DNA from: Callorhinchus milii
Lineage: Eukaryota
Length of the DNA stretch: 64,000 nucleotides
Assembly: GCF_018977255.1 (NCBI RefSeq)
Contig: NW_024704743.1
Location: 103,046,001-103,110,000 of the forward strand
Direction: 5' to 3'
Position 1 is the first letter of the stretch, and the number at the start of each line of letters is the position of its first letter. This document shows positions 24,595 through 37,095 of the stretch, one piece after another. The translations under genes and the position numbers were made by a program. The notes under the pieces are model-generated. The model had not been told where the DNA came from. It did no database searches and was given only the letters and a program-made list of their open reading frames with translations.

Positions 24595-25210
24595 TTACAA
24601 CAAAATTACATTTCTGTAGCACCTTTCACACCGGGAGAACGTCCCAAGGTGCTGGGCAGTCAGTGTTTTGGACCCGAGCTGGGGGTCAGGATCAGGGATG
24701 GTGGAGGACAGTGGGGGGGGCAAGGAAGGTGATCGAAGGCACGGTCGAAGAGGAGGGTCTTGAAATGAGTCTTGAAGGAGGAAAGGGAGGGGGTGAGGCA
24801 GAGAGACTGTTGGATGGAGCTCCAGGAGGTGGGGGCAAAGTGGCAGAACGTTCACTCGCCAATGGTGGTGCAGGCAATGTGGGAGACATGGAGCAGGCCA
24901 GAGCCCGCTGAGCGGAGGGAGCGGGCAGGTTGGTAGGGTTTAGTACGTCGTAGAGGTAGTGGGGAGCAAGGTCATGGAGGGCTTTGAAGATAAAGGCCAG
25001 AATCTTGAACTGTATCCTCCGTACAAATGTAATTTTGTTGTTGTGTGATGGGAAGCCACTGGAGTCAGGTGAGGATGGGGATGATAGGGTCATGGAGCCT
25101 GGTGAGGAAGATGACATGGGCTGCAGAGTTCTGGATGATCTGCAGCCAATGGAGGGAGGAGGTGGGGAGGCCGACAAGCAGTGAGCTTGCATAGTCAAGC
25201 CTGGATGTTA
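24595..25210 (-). mobile_element. L2 LINE 3' end
   Basis: RIQFKIL..FKALHDLAP; tail acaacaaaattacattt. Confidence 0.9.
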
Positions 25211-26094
25211 TTAATGTGTGTACTTATCTTTCACGTTGGGAAGATATCTCAAAGTGCTTCAAAAGATGTACTGTTAAGTGTAATGACAGTGCATTTTGTA
25301 GAGCTGAAGTGTATGACCAATTTTATTTGGAGGATTGATGACATGTATGCCAGGAGAAACTCCCTTCTCTTTTCAAATAGTGCAATGGGATCTTTAACAT
25401 TCACCTGAAGAGGCAGATGGGGCAGATTAATGCCTCATACAAAAGATGGAAGCTCCAACAATACAGCACAGCCGCATCATTGCATTGGAATGTCAGCCTA
25501 GACTATATGAGTTCCAAGTCCTGAGATGGAAATGGGAAAATCTTATTGTGAGATCACATTGTTAAAAATCAATGTGTCTCCTGGGAGTAGAGCAACGAGA
25601 AGCAGTATGTTTGATTTATGTTGAACACTCTTTGTGTCAAGGTGTTGGGGGCATAACAAAAAATAAAGGGGGAAGCCAGGTAAGGAGTAGACATGGGTAG
25701 AAAATTAGGAAGACAAATGGGACACTCCCAAAAATTCTAATTATTTGTAATATCACTGCATGCTTCAAGTAATTGTAAATAATTGTAAATAAAATGCTAC
25801 CAATTAAGCCGGCTGCTTGCAGAAATCTGGTGTATTCCAATATTTATAGTTCATATTACCTGCTCACCCGATTCACGTGATTCATTTTAGTTTTATTTAT
25901 TTTATGGCTAGAAGTTATGAGGATTGTGCTTTTAGTCATTTTTCCTAAAATAAACATATTTGTGCCTTGCACTTCAAAAATTACCCAATATTGTTTACTG
26001 AGAGCATCACTCATTGTAACAAGTTTCCAAATGAAAACCAGTGCTACTCACATTGAACGCAGAATAAACACATTAACATATGGACTATTGCAAA

Positions 26095-26407
26095 TAATAT
26101 AATCATCTTTGCATTTGATATAGCCCTTTTCACATCTTCTAGACGTCTCAAAGCGCTTTACAGAACATACTGTAAAGTGAATTGACCGTATATTTGTGGG
26201 TGAAACACGGCAGCCAATTGCGCACAGCAGTGCCCCACAAACAGTCGTGGATTGAAAATGACCAACTTATTATTGTTTTGTTTTTGGAGAGATTATTATT
26301 AGGCGTGTGGAGTAAGGAAACTTGCCCAGGGTTTCGCCCTGCCTTGAATTGAATCCAGGTATCTCGCTTGCAAGGCGAGTGTTCTAACCACTGAGCTACA
26401 GGACTCC
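26095..26407 (-). mobile_element. tRNA-Ala-derived SINE with Deu-type 3' half
   Basis: Head GGAGTCCTGTAGCTCAGTGGTTAGAACA-CTCGC-CTTGCAA-GCGAG (A box, TGC anticodon loop) and degenerate B box; tail ...gctatatcaaatgcaaag. Confidence 0.85.
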
Positions 26408-27844
26408 ACAATACAGCAGTTTGCAATGTGTTGAGAAAAACAATTTAAAAAATCCAAATATTGTGCAATTCATCCTAAGGATATTCCATAAATCAATGCA
26501 GTGCTGGGTCTAGAAAGCTTCAAAAGTGCAGTGCCCTACCCACAATAACTTTTCTTAATAGTGCCAATTGATCATGTCACCAAATCATTTCTTTAATGAT
26601 GAAAACAAGAATTTTACACATGTAGGGTTTTACAATGGACACAGTTGGTTGCCTTTGAAAATGAAACTCTAACCCAGACACATCAAACTGTTCGGAGACA
26701 ATCTCACACTGGCATGGTAGTTAGCCACCTGCTGTTCCAAATATATCTGACTGCAAACTGGTGATACAATTCACAACACTTTAGTTCTTACTGATATCTG
26801 AGTCATCGGCTGCAAAAGCAAATATCTGCCGCACCTCTATGCTAATGCGTGACACCTTACTTGCTCATTTGATGCCACATCAACTAATCCTTACATGCCT
26901 TAGAGAGAAACTGTGGATCCACAAATAGGGGGGTGAGGGCGGGAAGAGATATCAAAATGAACAAAATGAAAGAAATATGGTAGCCAATTTGCGCATATCC
27001 CATAAACAGTTGTGAAGTCAAGGACCAATTGTATTTGGGGGGCTTGTCATCAAGCACACAAGGAGAAACTCCCTTCCGTTTACGAATAGTACCATGGGAT
27101 CTCTATGGTCCACCTGAACAGGCAGGTGGGACTTTGGTTTAATGTCTCATCCAAAGGATAGCACCTTTAACAATGTAACACTCCCTCACACTTGTGGCTT
27201 GTACCAACCAACAATCTTCCGATTTGGGCTACTCCATTTTCACTTGTCCAAAGGTTGCACATTCTGACTGGCACTTGTAAAGGAAACGCTGCAACTTCCT
27301 CTGTTCACAAAGAAATGTTGAGCCTTCTGGTGGAAGTAGGTGATGACAGGATAGTGGGTTATTAGAGGAGAATAAGCTGTTCCAACCATCACTGGCCCAA
27401 GGATTGTCAAGCTTGAACAGATGGCAAAAATAATATGGCTTCTGGGGTATAGGTGCCATTTCTAGTGGCAGTATTTTGATTAGGCAATCAATGTCTTTAA
27501 ACGAGTCAGCATAAACACAATGGGCAAATCATCTTATTCTGGGCTATAAATTTCTATGCTTCAATTTTGGGGTATATTCAAGCTCACTCCACAAACCCAA
27601 CATATCACGAGGTATGGAGTTAGCACAGGAATAATAAAATGTCAATTTCCAGCCAAATGATTCCAATCATTTTAAGGAATATCTGAACTCTCTCTTCAGC
27701 AATTGAGTTGTCAAGGCTGACGCATATTTGAACATTTCAATAAATACTGGTTCAGCTATTGTTTGGACACCATCTTGCTCTAAAATGTACTTTCCCCACC
27801 TTTCCCAGTCCAAATTTCTTTCCTTCTCAAGAATTGTGTTAGTT

Positions 27845-28175
27845 GAATAACAACAACAACAAGATTCCATTTATAAAGCGCCTTTCACGTCAGGAGGACG
27901 TCCCAAGGCGCTGCACAGTTGGGTCATGACCCGAGCAGGGGGGAAATGGTCAGGGTGAGGGGAGGGAGCGAGGAGGGGGATATGGTCAGGGTGAGGGGAG
28001 GGATGGGAGGGAGCGAGAAGGGGGAAGAGAGTCGAGAGGGGAGCTGAAGGCTCGGTCAAAGAGAAAGGTTTTGAGACCGCCCTTGAAGGAGGAGAGGGAG
28101 GAAGCAAGGCGAAGGCACTGGGGGATAGAGTTCCAGAGCCTCGGGGCTGAGAGGCTGAAGGCCCGACCACCAATA
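27845..28175 (-). mobile_element. L2 LINE short 3' end
   Basis: (AAC)n followed by gcgcctttcacgtcaggaggacgtcccaaggcgctg. Confidence 0.85.
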
Positions 28176-28514
28176 GTTGAAATACTGTCAAATTTGCTTA
28201 CTAATTAAAGGATGTAATAGAGAGCAGTTAAATGGCATTATTAGTAGCTACCTAGAATGTTTCAATTATTGTTAACTTGCAAAGTGTAATTGGTGTGATA
28301 TTTAAAATAAAGTATGCATAAACTTGATTAGTTATGTCTTTGACACATAGCAGGATAATGCAATTGAAGAAGTAGAGTTCCTTTAAATTAAGTTTTTGGG
28401 CCAAAGGATGTTTCAAAACATCGGCACTCCCAATATGTTGACAACTTTAATTTGCGACCGTTTAATAGCTTAACATATTGATGGACTAAACAAACCATAC
28501 TCAAGACCCNTTTT

Positions 28515-28745
28515 TAATCAGCTGGATGTCTGACACACATGGAAGCCAATGATTATGCTAAAGAGTATTCAAAACAGAATACCACATGTGTACAATTTGC
28601 ACATGAAAATGTCTATGTCTGGAATGGAATACACACTCGCTCCCCAGAGGGATGCACTCAGCTACCTTATTCCAAGTATTAGGCGCAGGTTGGTAATAGT
28701 TGGCTTGGGGATCCCAGTGGCTTGGGAATATTGCTGGAGTTGAAT
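28515..28745 (+). mobile_element. Family X repeat, copy 5 (partial)
   Basis: tcagctggatgtctgacacacatgg...agtattaggcgcaggttgg. Confidence 0.7.
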
Positions 28746-28964
28746 CATCTGAAACTGCACAGAGATCCATTGAGATCTTCACCTCTGGGGTTTGCAAAGC
28801 ATTGTTGCATATTTGTAATTGTGAACATCTTTGCTCTTTAAAGATTGTGTTCAATTGCAAAGATACACAGTCACGGTATTTTGATGAATCCTGTCAAATG
28901 TGTTTTAAGATATCCATTCAACATGAAGGCACAAAATCAAAAGCAAGGTTTATCATGCCTGGGT

Positions 28965-29135
28965 CTGTGAGAGAAAAAAAAGACTGAGAGAGAGAGAGAG
29001 GAGAGAGAGACAGAGAGAGAGTGACTGAGAGAGACAGCGACTGAGAAAGAGAGAAAGAGATTGGGAGAGACTGAGAGAGAGAAAATCTTAGAGAGACAGA
29101 GGGAGAGATTACTAGAGGTAGAATGAGACAGAGAG
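28965..29135. repeat. Degenerate (GA)n microsatellite
   Basis: gagagagagagagaggagagagacagagagaga... Confidence 0.95.
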
Positions 29136-29869
29136 GGCAAAACCTTATGCAAGTTTCCTTACTCCACACATGGCGGATTGCTTCTGGGGATAATAATCCC
29201 TCCAAATTTTTTTTTAAAAAAGATTACAATTTGGAACACTGCTGTGCACAATTAGCTGCCGCGATTCACCAACAAAATACAGTCACTGCACTTTACATTG
29301 TGTATATTCTGTGAAGTGCTTTGAGACGTCTCAATGACGTGATAAGGCACTATATCTAATGCAAGGATTATTATATTATTATCGTCATTTAAGTCCATGT
29401 GGTGGGATGTCTGAAGATTTGTGTGTTAAAAAATAACAGCTCATTTTGTGCTCTGGAAGGATTGTGTTCCCTTTATCTTGAGTGATGGAATGCATTATGG
29501 CCATTGAAATGTGTGGTAGCACGTGTGGAAGGATTGCATCCTAGGGAGATAAAAATGGTTAATGGTTACACAGTGAATTCTTCGCTGAATAAAAAAATTC
29601 AGTCAAAGGATTGACATGCAAACATCCAGTGATTTCTCAAAGGGCTTCACCTAAGGCAATGATTCTCTTAGGGGAATAAGTCATGAGCAGCGATTAGACA
29701 AGCTGAGGCTTTTCAGTCTTGAAAGGAGACAGCTCACAGAGGATCTTATAGAGGTTTATAACATTTGAAAGTGAATTGAAAAAGTAAACCCACACTAACA
29801 CTTTAGGATGCTCCAAGACAATGGAACGAGAGGGCAGTTTTAGTGTTGCAAAGGGCAATTTCAGGAAAG

Positions 29870-31150
29870 ATAATAACAACAACAAAATTACATTTGTACA
29901 ACTCCTTTCAACAACAACAACAAGATTACATTTGTATAGCGCCTTTCACATCGGGAGGACGTCCCAAGGTGCTGGACAGAGTACAGCATTTCAGACCTGA
30001 GCTGGGGTTGGGGCGCGGGGGGAAGGGAGGGGAGGGGAAGGGGGGTGGCCGATGGCATGATTGAAGAGGAGGATCTTGAGGCAGGACGTGAAGGAGGCTA
30101 AGGAGGGGGTGAGGCGGAGTGACTGTGGGATGGAATTCCAGAGGTTGGGGGCAGAGTGGCTGAAGGCTCTCCCATCAATGGTGGGGCAGGTGGTTCGGGG
30201 GACGTGGAGCAGGCCAGAGCCGGCTGAGCGAAGAGAATGGGTGGGAGGATGCCTGAAGGCGCTGAACAATCAGTGTTTCTGACCCGCACCGAGGGTCGGG
30301 ATCGGGCAGGGTGAAGTGCTGGGAGTTTGTGTAGTCGAACCTGGATGTTATGAATGTATGTATGATGGTCTCAGCAGCCTGATGTGTGAGACAGTGGTGG
30401 AGCTGGGCGATGTCGTGGAAGTAGGGTAAGGCAGAGCTGGTTATGGCATGGATGTGGGGTAGAAAGGATAGTTGAGGGTCAAACAAGATGTCAAGGTTCC
30501 GGACTGGCTTAGTAAGGTGGAGTGTGCATCCTTGGTTGGTGATGCTGTCAGTGCCTGAGGTGTGGAGGCACTAACAGGAACCAATCAGGAGAGTCTGTAG
30601 AAAGTTAGTTCTCATCCAGGATGATGTCTGACAGACATCCTGTCAAGACAGTAGTGGTCCTACATAATGTGGAAATTGACCCCATGTCTGCAGATGATGT
30701 CACCAAGAGGAAACATATAGATATTGTATAGGAGAGGACCAAGGACAGAGTCCTGAGGAACTCCGCGCAAGACGTTGCTGGGGCTAGAAGAAAAGCCATT
30801 TATAAAGATGAAGTGGAGACAATGTGAGAGGTAAGATCTGAACCAGTCAAGGTCAGAACCATGAATTTGAGGTGAGAGGAAAGGCAGTGGAGGAGGATAG
30901 AGTGGTCAACGGTATAGAAGGCAGCAGAGAGGTCAAGGAGGATGAGGCGGCAAAGGGAGCCCTGGTTGCAGATGGAAAAAATGTCATTTGTCACTTTGAC
31001 CCAAGCTGTTTCTGTGCTGTGGGCGGCACGGAAACCCAATTGGAGGGGTTTGTGAAGGGAGTGGCGGGAAAGGAAGGGGCGAAGCTGGTTAGCAATGACT
31101 TGTTCTAGGACATTGGAAAGGAAAGGGAGGTTGGAGATGGGATGGGGATG
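29870..31150 (-). mobile_element. L2 LINE, rearranged and nested fragments
   Basis: GFRAAHSTETA..KVTND...LLDLSAAF.TVDHSILL; RAFSHSAPNLWNSIP; duplicated tail. Confidence 0.92.
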
Positions 31151-31174
31151 GGTCCAGGGATTTTTTTTTAAGGA

Positions 31175-31570
31175 TAATAATAATAAACCTGCATTTGATA
31201 CAGCGCCTTATCACTTTGAGACATATCAAAGCGCTTCACAGAATATACTGTAAAGTGAATTGACTGTGTAGTTTGTGGGCGAAATGCAGCAGACAATTAC
31301 ACACTGCTAGCAGTGTCCCACAAACAGTCATGGATTGAGTGACCAAATTATAGTTATTTAAAAAAATTTAATTATTGTTTTGAAGGGATTATTAACCCTG
31401 GAAAAGCGATGTACCAATCAACTAACAACCAAATTCCTCCTTTCTGCTAGGTAAACAAAGATCTGTGGAGTAAGGTAACTTGCCTAAAATTTTGCTCTGC
31501 CCAGGAATCAAACTCAGATCCTCTCGCTTTCGAGACGAGTGCTCTAACCAATAAGCTACAAAATACTCCG
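31175..31570 (-). mobile_element. tRNA-Ala-family SINE, near full length
   Basis: Reverse complement of the 48695 copy. Confidence 0.85.
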
Positions 31571-31629
31571 CATCCACTTCCATTACTTATCTCATTTACA
31601 AATAATGGGGAGTACATTAAGTAGGAACC

Positions 31630-31831
31630 TGGGACTAGATTTTTTCTATTTTCTTAGCATTACAGAGAGTCCAGAATTTGGCAAATTAGTTAATTCAGTT
31701 TTATTGTTGAACTTGTTTAACTGGAAGTATAAGCACATGTAAACACAGCTAAGACATGAAAACCCGAATCGAACAATCTGCCAAATCCTGGACGCTCTGA
31801 AATGTTATGTTAACAGAGTGAATCTAGGCCC
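31630..31831. mobile_element. Palindromic MITE-like element
   Basis: ggactagatt..agcattacagagagtccagaatttggcaaatt is inverted to aatctgccaaatcctggacgctctgaaatgtt..aatctaggccc; related copies at 37815-37985 and 45270-45505, partial at 3755-3800. Confidence 0.7.
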
Positions 31832-32742
31832 AGACAGAATTTCTCCTCAGCTGTGTGCTGCAAATACAGTGTGATACAGTTGCAGTAAATAAAAACAATG
31901 TAAAAAATAATACAAAAATCACCAAAGAACATTGAAAAGCTGGCTCCACAGGATCATCAATACATAGAGGGATAAAAAATGAGATGCTTCTTAGTAGATT
32001 TGATAATAGCATGTTGGACGAATGCAAACAAGAAAGACAATTCAGAAATATTCATTGCATATTATTAAGCCGGGAAATGGTAGCGGGGGGCTTTAGACCT
32101 GGGGCCAATCTTTTAGAATCAATGGAAATGTGATTCTTTGCATCTGTAAAACTTTCATTCGATATCCCATTTGATAATTACAAAAATAACTATAAAACAT
32201 TGTATTTTTCAGCCCATTTGTTGCACACTCATTGTCAGACAAGGCAGCTCTGTCTCCTTACCCAGAGGCCTGACTGTCCCAATCAATTACTGCACAAATC
32301 CACAATTTCACCATTTTTTTTAATTGGGATATTTGAACAGTGACCTTGTCATTCTTTTCTTTACTTGCCCTGAGTGCTAATTTCATGATATTCCCGATGG
32401 AGCTGAGGTAAGCTGAGCATTAAAAATTAACAAAGGCAATGCCGCTTGCATTATTCAGATTCTATCATACGGTATTTACTGAAGCAATTTGTTTAATGCA
32501 TTCAGGTTGTAGTCATATACTGCTGGATAATCTGGTTGCAGAATTAACCACCGAGGTGGAACTAATTATGGAAATGGGTAGAACTGGTGGGAGCCTCATT
32601 GCTGCAGTAAGAGAGTATTTCAGCTCCAATTGTATTCTGATAATTGCGCTGAAGCAACATTTTTGTTTTTGTAGTTTTATCTTGATGTACAGAATCTTAC
32701 ATATATACAATCTGCTTTGTCTATCATTAAACTAAATGCATT

Positions 32743-32802
32743 GGACAAAGTAATCTTGCTGTTCTATTTATGTGGGACAAAGTAATCTTCCTGTTCTATT
32801 TA
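32743..32802. repeat. Tandem duplication, period 32 bp
   Basis: ggacaaagtaatctt(g/c)ctgttctattta occurs twice. Confidence 0.9.
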
Positions 32803-32854
32803 CATTGTTTGGGTAGGTATCAAATGATCTAGGAGGGTTATCAATATCTTCCAC

Positions 32855-33155
32855 AGGGCAAAATGTTAGGCAAGTTTCCTTACGCCACACGTCTGTTTAC
32901 CTAACAGTAAGTAGGAGTCCAGTTGTTAGTCAATTGGCAGATCTCTTTTCCAGGGATAATAATCCCTTAAAAATATAATAATAATTTAGTCACTCATTCC
33001 ACAACTGTTTATGGGACACTGCTGTGCACAATTGGCTATCGCGTTTCACTCACAAAATATACAGTCAATTCACTTTACAGTATATTCTGTGAAGTGCTTT
33101 GATACATCTCGAAGACACGATAAGGTGCTATATCAAAGGCAAGGATTATTATTAA
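32855..33155 (+). mobile_element. Same SINE family, 5'-truncated
   Basis: gcaagtttccttacgccacacgtctgtttacctaacagtaagtagg; further pieces at 23400-23490, 29135-29380 and 63050-63310. Confidence 0.8.
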
Positions 33156-33324
33156 ATTCAAGGATAATTATTACTGTATTATTGTTAGAAACAGCAGTAT
33201 ACGAACTTCAACCTGAATGCAAATTTCCACTGAAATTTTAAATGCCACTGAGAGGTTTGTGACATCTATATTTTTGTCTACTGTTGCTTTAAGTTGGGAT
33301 ACACTGAATTTCTATCCATCTGTG

Positions 33325-33710
33325 TCAGCTTGACACTCTCACTTCTGGGTCAGAAGGTTGTATGTTTAAAACCAAGCCAGATTGGGACCTGAACTCCTAG
33401 TCTAGACTGATACTCAAGTGGAGTGCAAGGGGAGTACTGCATTGGCAGTGAGGCCATCCTTTTGGTGATACATTGACCTGACGTCCCATCTGCCAATGGC
33501 ACTATTTGAAAAGGCAAGGGAGTTTCTCCCAATAACCTTCAGGATAAATTGCCTTTTAAACTGATGACTTTTTGTGGGAACTTACTGTGCATAATATTAC
33601 TACATTATTTTACATTACACTACTATTACTTATTACTACCCTGTACAATGACTTCTGTGAAATCCTTTGAGATGTTTTGATGATGATCATGTGCTAGAAA
33701 AGTACAGGCT
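33325..33710 (+). mobile_element. DeuSINE copy
   Basis: cactctcacttctgggtcagaaggttg...ggagtactgcattggcagtgaggccatccttttgg. Confidence 0.75.
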
Positions 33711-33961
33711 ATTTCTATTGATCTTCCTACCCAAGGGGTCTGATGCAGGATCTATGGCAGGATCTGGTGAAGGACAGTTTCAATATTTGCCTTAACGTTC
33801 ACATCATGGCCTATATTGGACTTAAGGATGAGGGCAAAAGGTGCTGCAGATTTGTATTGTGAATCTACAACACTAGGATCATTTTGATATAAACAAAATC
33901 ACATCAATGAACGATGTTAAAAAAAACATCACAGAAATATCTTAGAATTATTCGCTCTTAC

Positions 33962-34026
33962 TTAAGCCGTTGTGCGTCTTCGGTGACAACGTAGTAGTGC
34001 TTAAAGGTGATAAACGTATTCTTCAA
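33962..34026 (-). CDS. Internal coding exon (phase 0 to 2) of an unidentified minus-strand gene: LKNTFITFKHYYVVTEDAQRL
   Basis: Acceptor gccttgttttag|TTGAAG, donor GGCTTAA|gtaaga. 65 nt, only one open frame, several retained CpGs in an otherwise CpG-poor, non-repetitive context. Confidence 0.65.
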
Positions 34027-35539
34027 CTAAAACAAGGCTTATTATTTGCTAAAGATAATAAAAGATTAATAATCCTTGCCTTTTTAAATCACCTTATGTC
34101 ATCAAAGCATCTGAAAGTGCTTCACAGGATTTTTTTTGTAAAGTGCAATGACTATGTATTTGTAGCAGATACAACAATTAATTTGTGTAAAGCAATGTCC
34201 CACATAGTTAAATGTTAAAAAGGTGAGCCTTTATCATTCAATCATGGAGCATTATTCAGAGAGGAATGTGAACTGCAGAACGTTCAAAATTAATTACCAA
34301 CCCCTGATTTCTTGAACGGATGCCAGATCTCAATCGAGGCTGTACAGAGTTAAAGAAGATTTAATGAATCTATGCTTTTAACATTGTCATCTAACTCATA
34401 TGTCATGGTCAGTGTTTAGGATCTATCTACCAGTGATTATATCCATTACTCTGTTCACATTATAATTAATATATGGCTAAATGGGCACTACTGGGCTATA
34501 TTCCAGCAAGTCAGCAGTTTTCAATTGACTTATTCAGCATTTCAATGTTGGATTGATATGCCAGTAAGCAATCATTCGTTGTAAGAAAATATTATTTTGG
34601 ATTCAATCAAAAGACATGCTCTCTAAAGGCATTATATTTTACCTATATGGAATGTAAGAAGTGATGGGACATTAATATAAAAAATGTACTTATCAAAACA
34701 TGCTTCTCTGAAAAATTGGGAGAAATTCTTTCGTCCCAGGCCCAAAGCTGCAGCTGAATGAGAGGAACAATCTAAAATGTGCAAATTATGGTAAATAATT
34801 TCATAATCCTTACATATGACTTCATGCCTTTCACGTTGCTGAAACTTCTCAAAACGCTTCACTCAAATAACTGTGACTTTGCATTTTGTGGGAGAAAGCG
34901 ACAGCCAATTTGTATGCAGCAATATCCTACAATCAGCCATGAAGTGAATGACCAATTTTATCTGGGAAATTTATTGGCCAGGACATTAGGAAAAACTATT
35001 TTCTCTTTCTGAATAGTGCCACTGCATCTTTTTACATCCAGGCAGATGTGAAATAGGCAGACTGGACTTTGATTTAAAATCTAATTTGAAGGACAGCAAC
35101 TGCGGCAACTTAGTTCTCTTCCAGCATTGGAGTGTCAGCCTAGACTGTGACAAAGGATGCCTGCACCAAACATAAACAGACAGCCTCCTGACATGAAAGG
35201 TCTTGAAATAAGATCCTGTTGAATTCAATAAAATATATAATTTTCATTTCAAGAACCACCTTTATGCCAGCATAGATCCATTTTGCAGATGTCTGCCATT
35301 TGATTTATTTTTGGTAAAATAAACATGAACAATTAATGATCATGTAGGAACACTGTGGTTTTCTCTGAGGATGCCCATTACACCTGGTGAGCATGGTGTT
35401 TAGTGAACCAGTCAAAGCAGAGTTGTGATTATTATACTTTAGCACTTTAACGAGAGGGAAATGAGACTCTTGACCCCAATAATGAATCAAACCACTTCAG
35501 TTGCCAATGTATCCCTGCCACATTTTTCTCCTATACTTA

Positions 35540-35603
35540 TTTAATGCATTCACACATATTTTTCTCCTCCTGTGCCAATCCAAATGTATGTGAATGCATT
35601 AAA
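35540..35603. repeat. Hairpin with 22-bp arms and a 20-nt loop
   Basis: tttaatgcattcacacatattt ... aaatgtatgtgaatgcattaaa. Confidence 0.8.
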
Positions 35604-36619
35604 GAAAGACCCTTGCAATGTTAAATAATCCCCATGAATTCAAAACAACTGCTCACAAGAACTGAGTCGAAACACACTCTGTCACGTGTACTAAATCACA
35701 CGCATATAAGCAAGCGCATTTTGAATAATGGACCACAGCTCCAATAAAAACAGATGGATCAAGTGGGATGGATCACTTTCCTCCAGCTAGGTATTCATTA
35801 AATTTTTCAGTTTTCCCAATTCATCCTCGAGCTTTACTCCCTTTTGATGTTTACCTCTTGGAACACATATACTCCAAAGGAATCACATTAGTGGTTCTGT
35901 GCATTTTTATCTCCTGAAGATTCTTTGTCCATGGAAGGCAAGTCAACATGTTGTACATGTTCTTGAACAGCTTGACACATGATTAAATATTGAAATAACC
36001 CAAGTCATCTGGCCATCTTTTAGAAAAGGTTCCCTCAGAAAGGTCGTAGATGGCTCTGTCTCATTGGTAATCTGTCTGTGCTATGAGGTGCTGAAACATA
36101 TGGAACACCTTGGCAATACTGTCATGTAATTTATAAATCAATCGTAATGCCTGGTTATCTTTCTGCACAAATTCCAGCTCTGGTAAATCGCACAGAGCTA
36201 CATCAAATAAATACTTTGTGTTCCTCTCTGTTGTTCATCTATTATACTGGCTTATTAAAGAAATAATAGCTTTCATTACATTAAAGAAACAATAGTTTTT
36301 TTAACATAATATCTGCATGATTTATACAAGCTCACAATACATTGCTATTCATTTATATTTCCCTACTGCATAAATAATATTACACCACACACCAAAGGGA
36401 ATGTTTGTACAATCTCTGTGGCAGGAGGTGATAATTCAACCAAGAAATTGAAATGTGCCACTAACCCTTGTTAGTTATTTCATCAGAAGATATAATCTAA
36501 CATTTAGAGGCTAGTAGAGTCTGTCAATAAGTGGTGCAGTCAAACTGTCAATTTTTAGAGCAGCAAATCACAGACGCTTGCCCAATTGCTTGTGAAATCC
36601 AACCAAATCCATCATCTGT

Positions 36620-37095
36620 GAAAAGATGACTCAGAGGGGTTCTCATCGAGTTGTACAAAATTATAAATGGGATTGAAAAACATAAACCCAGATCAATACT
36701 TTAAGATGCATAAAAACACTAGAATGCGCGTCTTGGGATATCCTCTCATCGTGAAAGGTGTTATACAAATGTAATTTTGTTGTTGTAGAATAAGAGGACA
36801 TAGATTTTGCATTGTAAATGGCAATTTCAAGGCAGACATGATCAGGTTTTTCTTTACGTAGGTGATCAATGACTGGAATAAATTCCAAGAAGGGTGGTGG
36901 AGGCCAGGCCACTAGAATCATTTAAGCGCTCCGAGACGCGTGGAGGACACTATATAAGTGCAAGTTGTTGCTGTTGTATTTAAAAGCAGCTTAATGCAGT
37001 AATGAGGGGATGGTAGGGTGGGTATTCTGGAGGGATGGGTTCAGATAGGGCGAAGAGCCTTCTTCATCCAGATCAATCTTGTGATCTTGTGAATT
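36620..37095 (+). mobile_element. CR1-clade 3' end with nested L2 tails
   Basis: agaggggttctcatcgagttgtacaaaattata...ttttctttacgtaggtgatcaatgactggaat...cttgtgatcttgtg; related pieces at 29690-29865 and 40330-40670. Confidence 0.7.

Noticed and set aside
26335..26407. tRNA-Ala(TGC) gene
   Set aside because: Acceptor and T arms are degenerate and it continues directly into a SINE body, so it is a SINE head.
28510..28510. Single N base
   Set aside because: Assembly ambiguity or gap marker, not biology; adjacency across it is uncertain.
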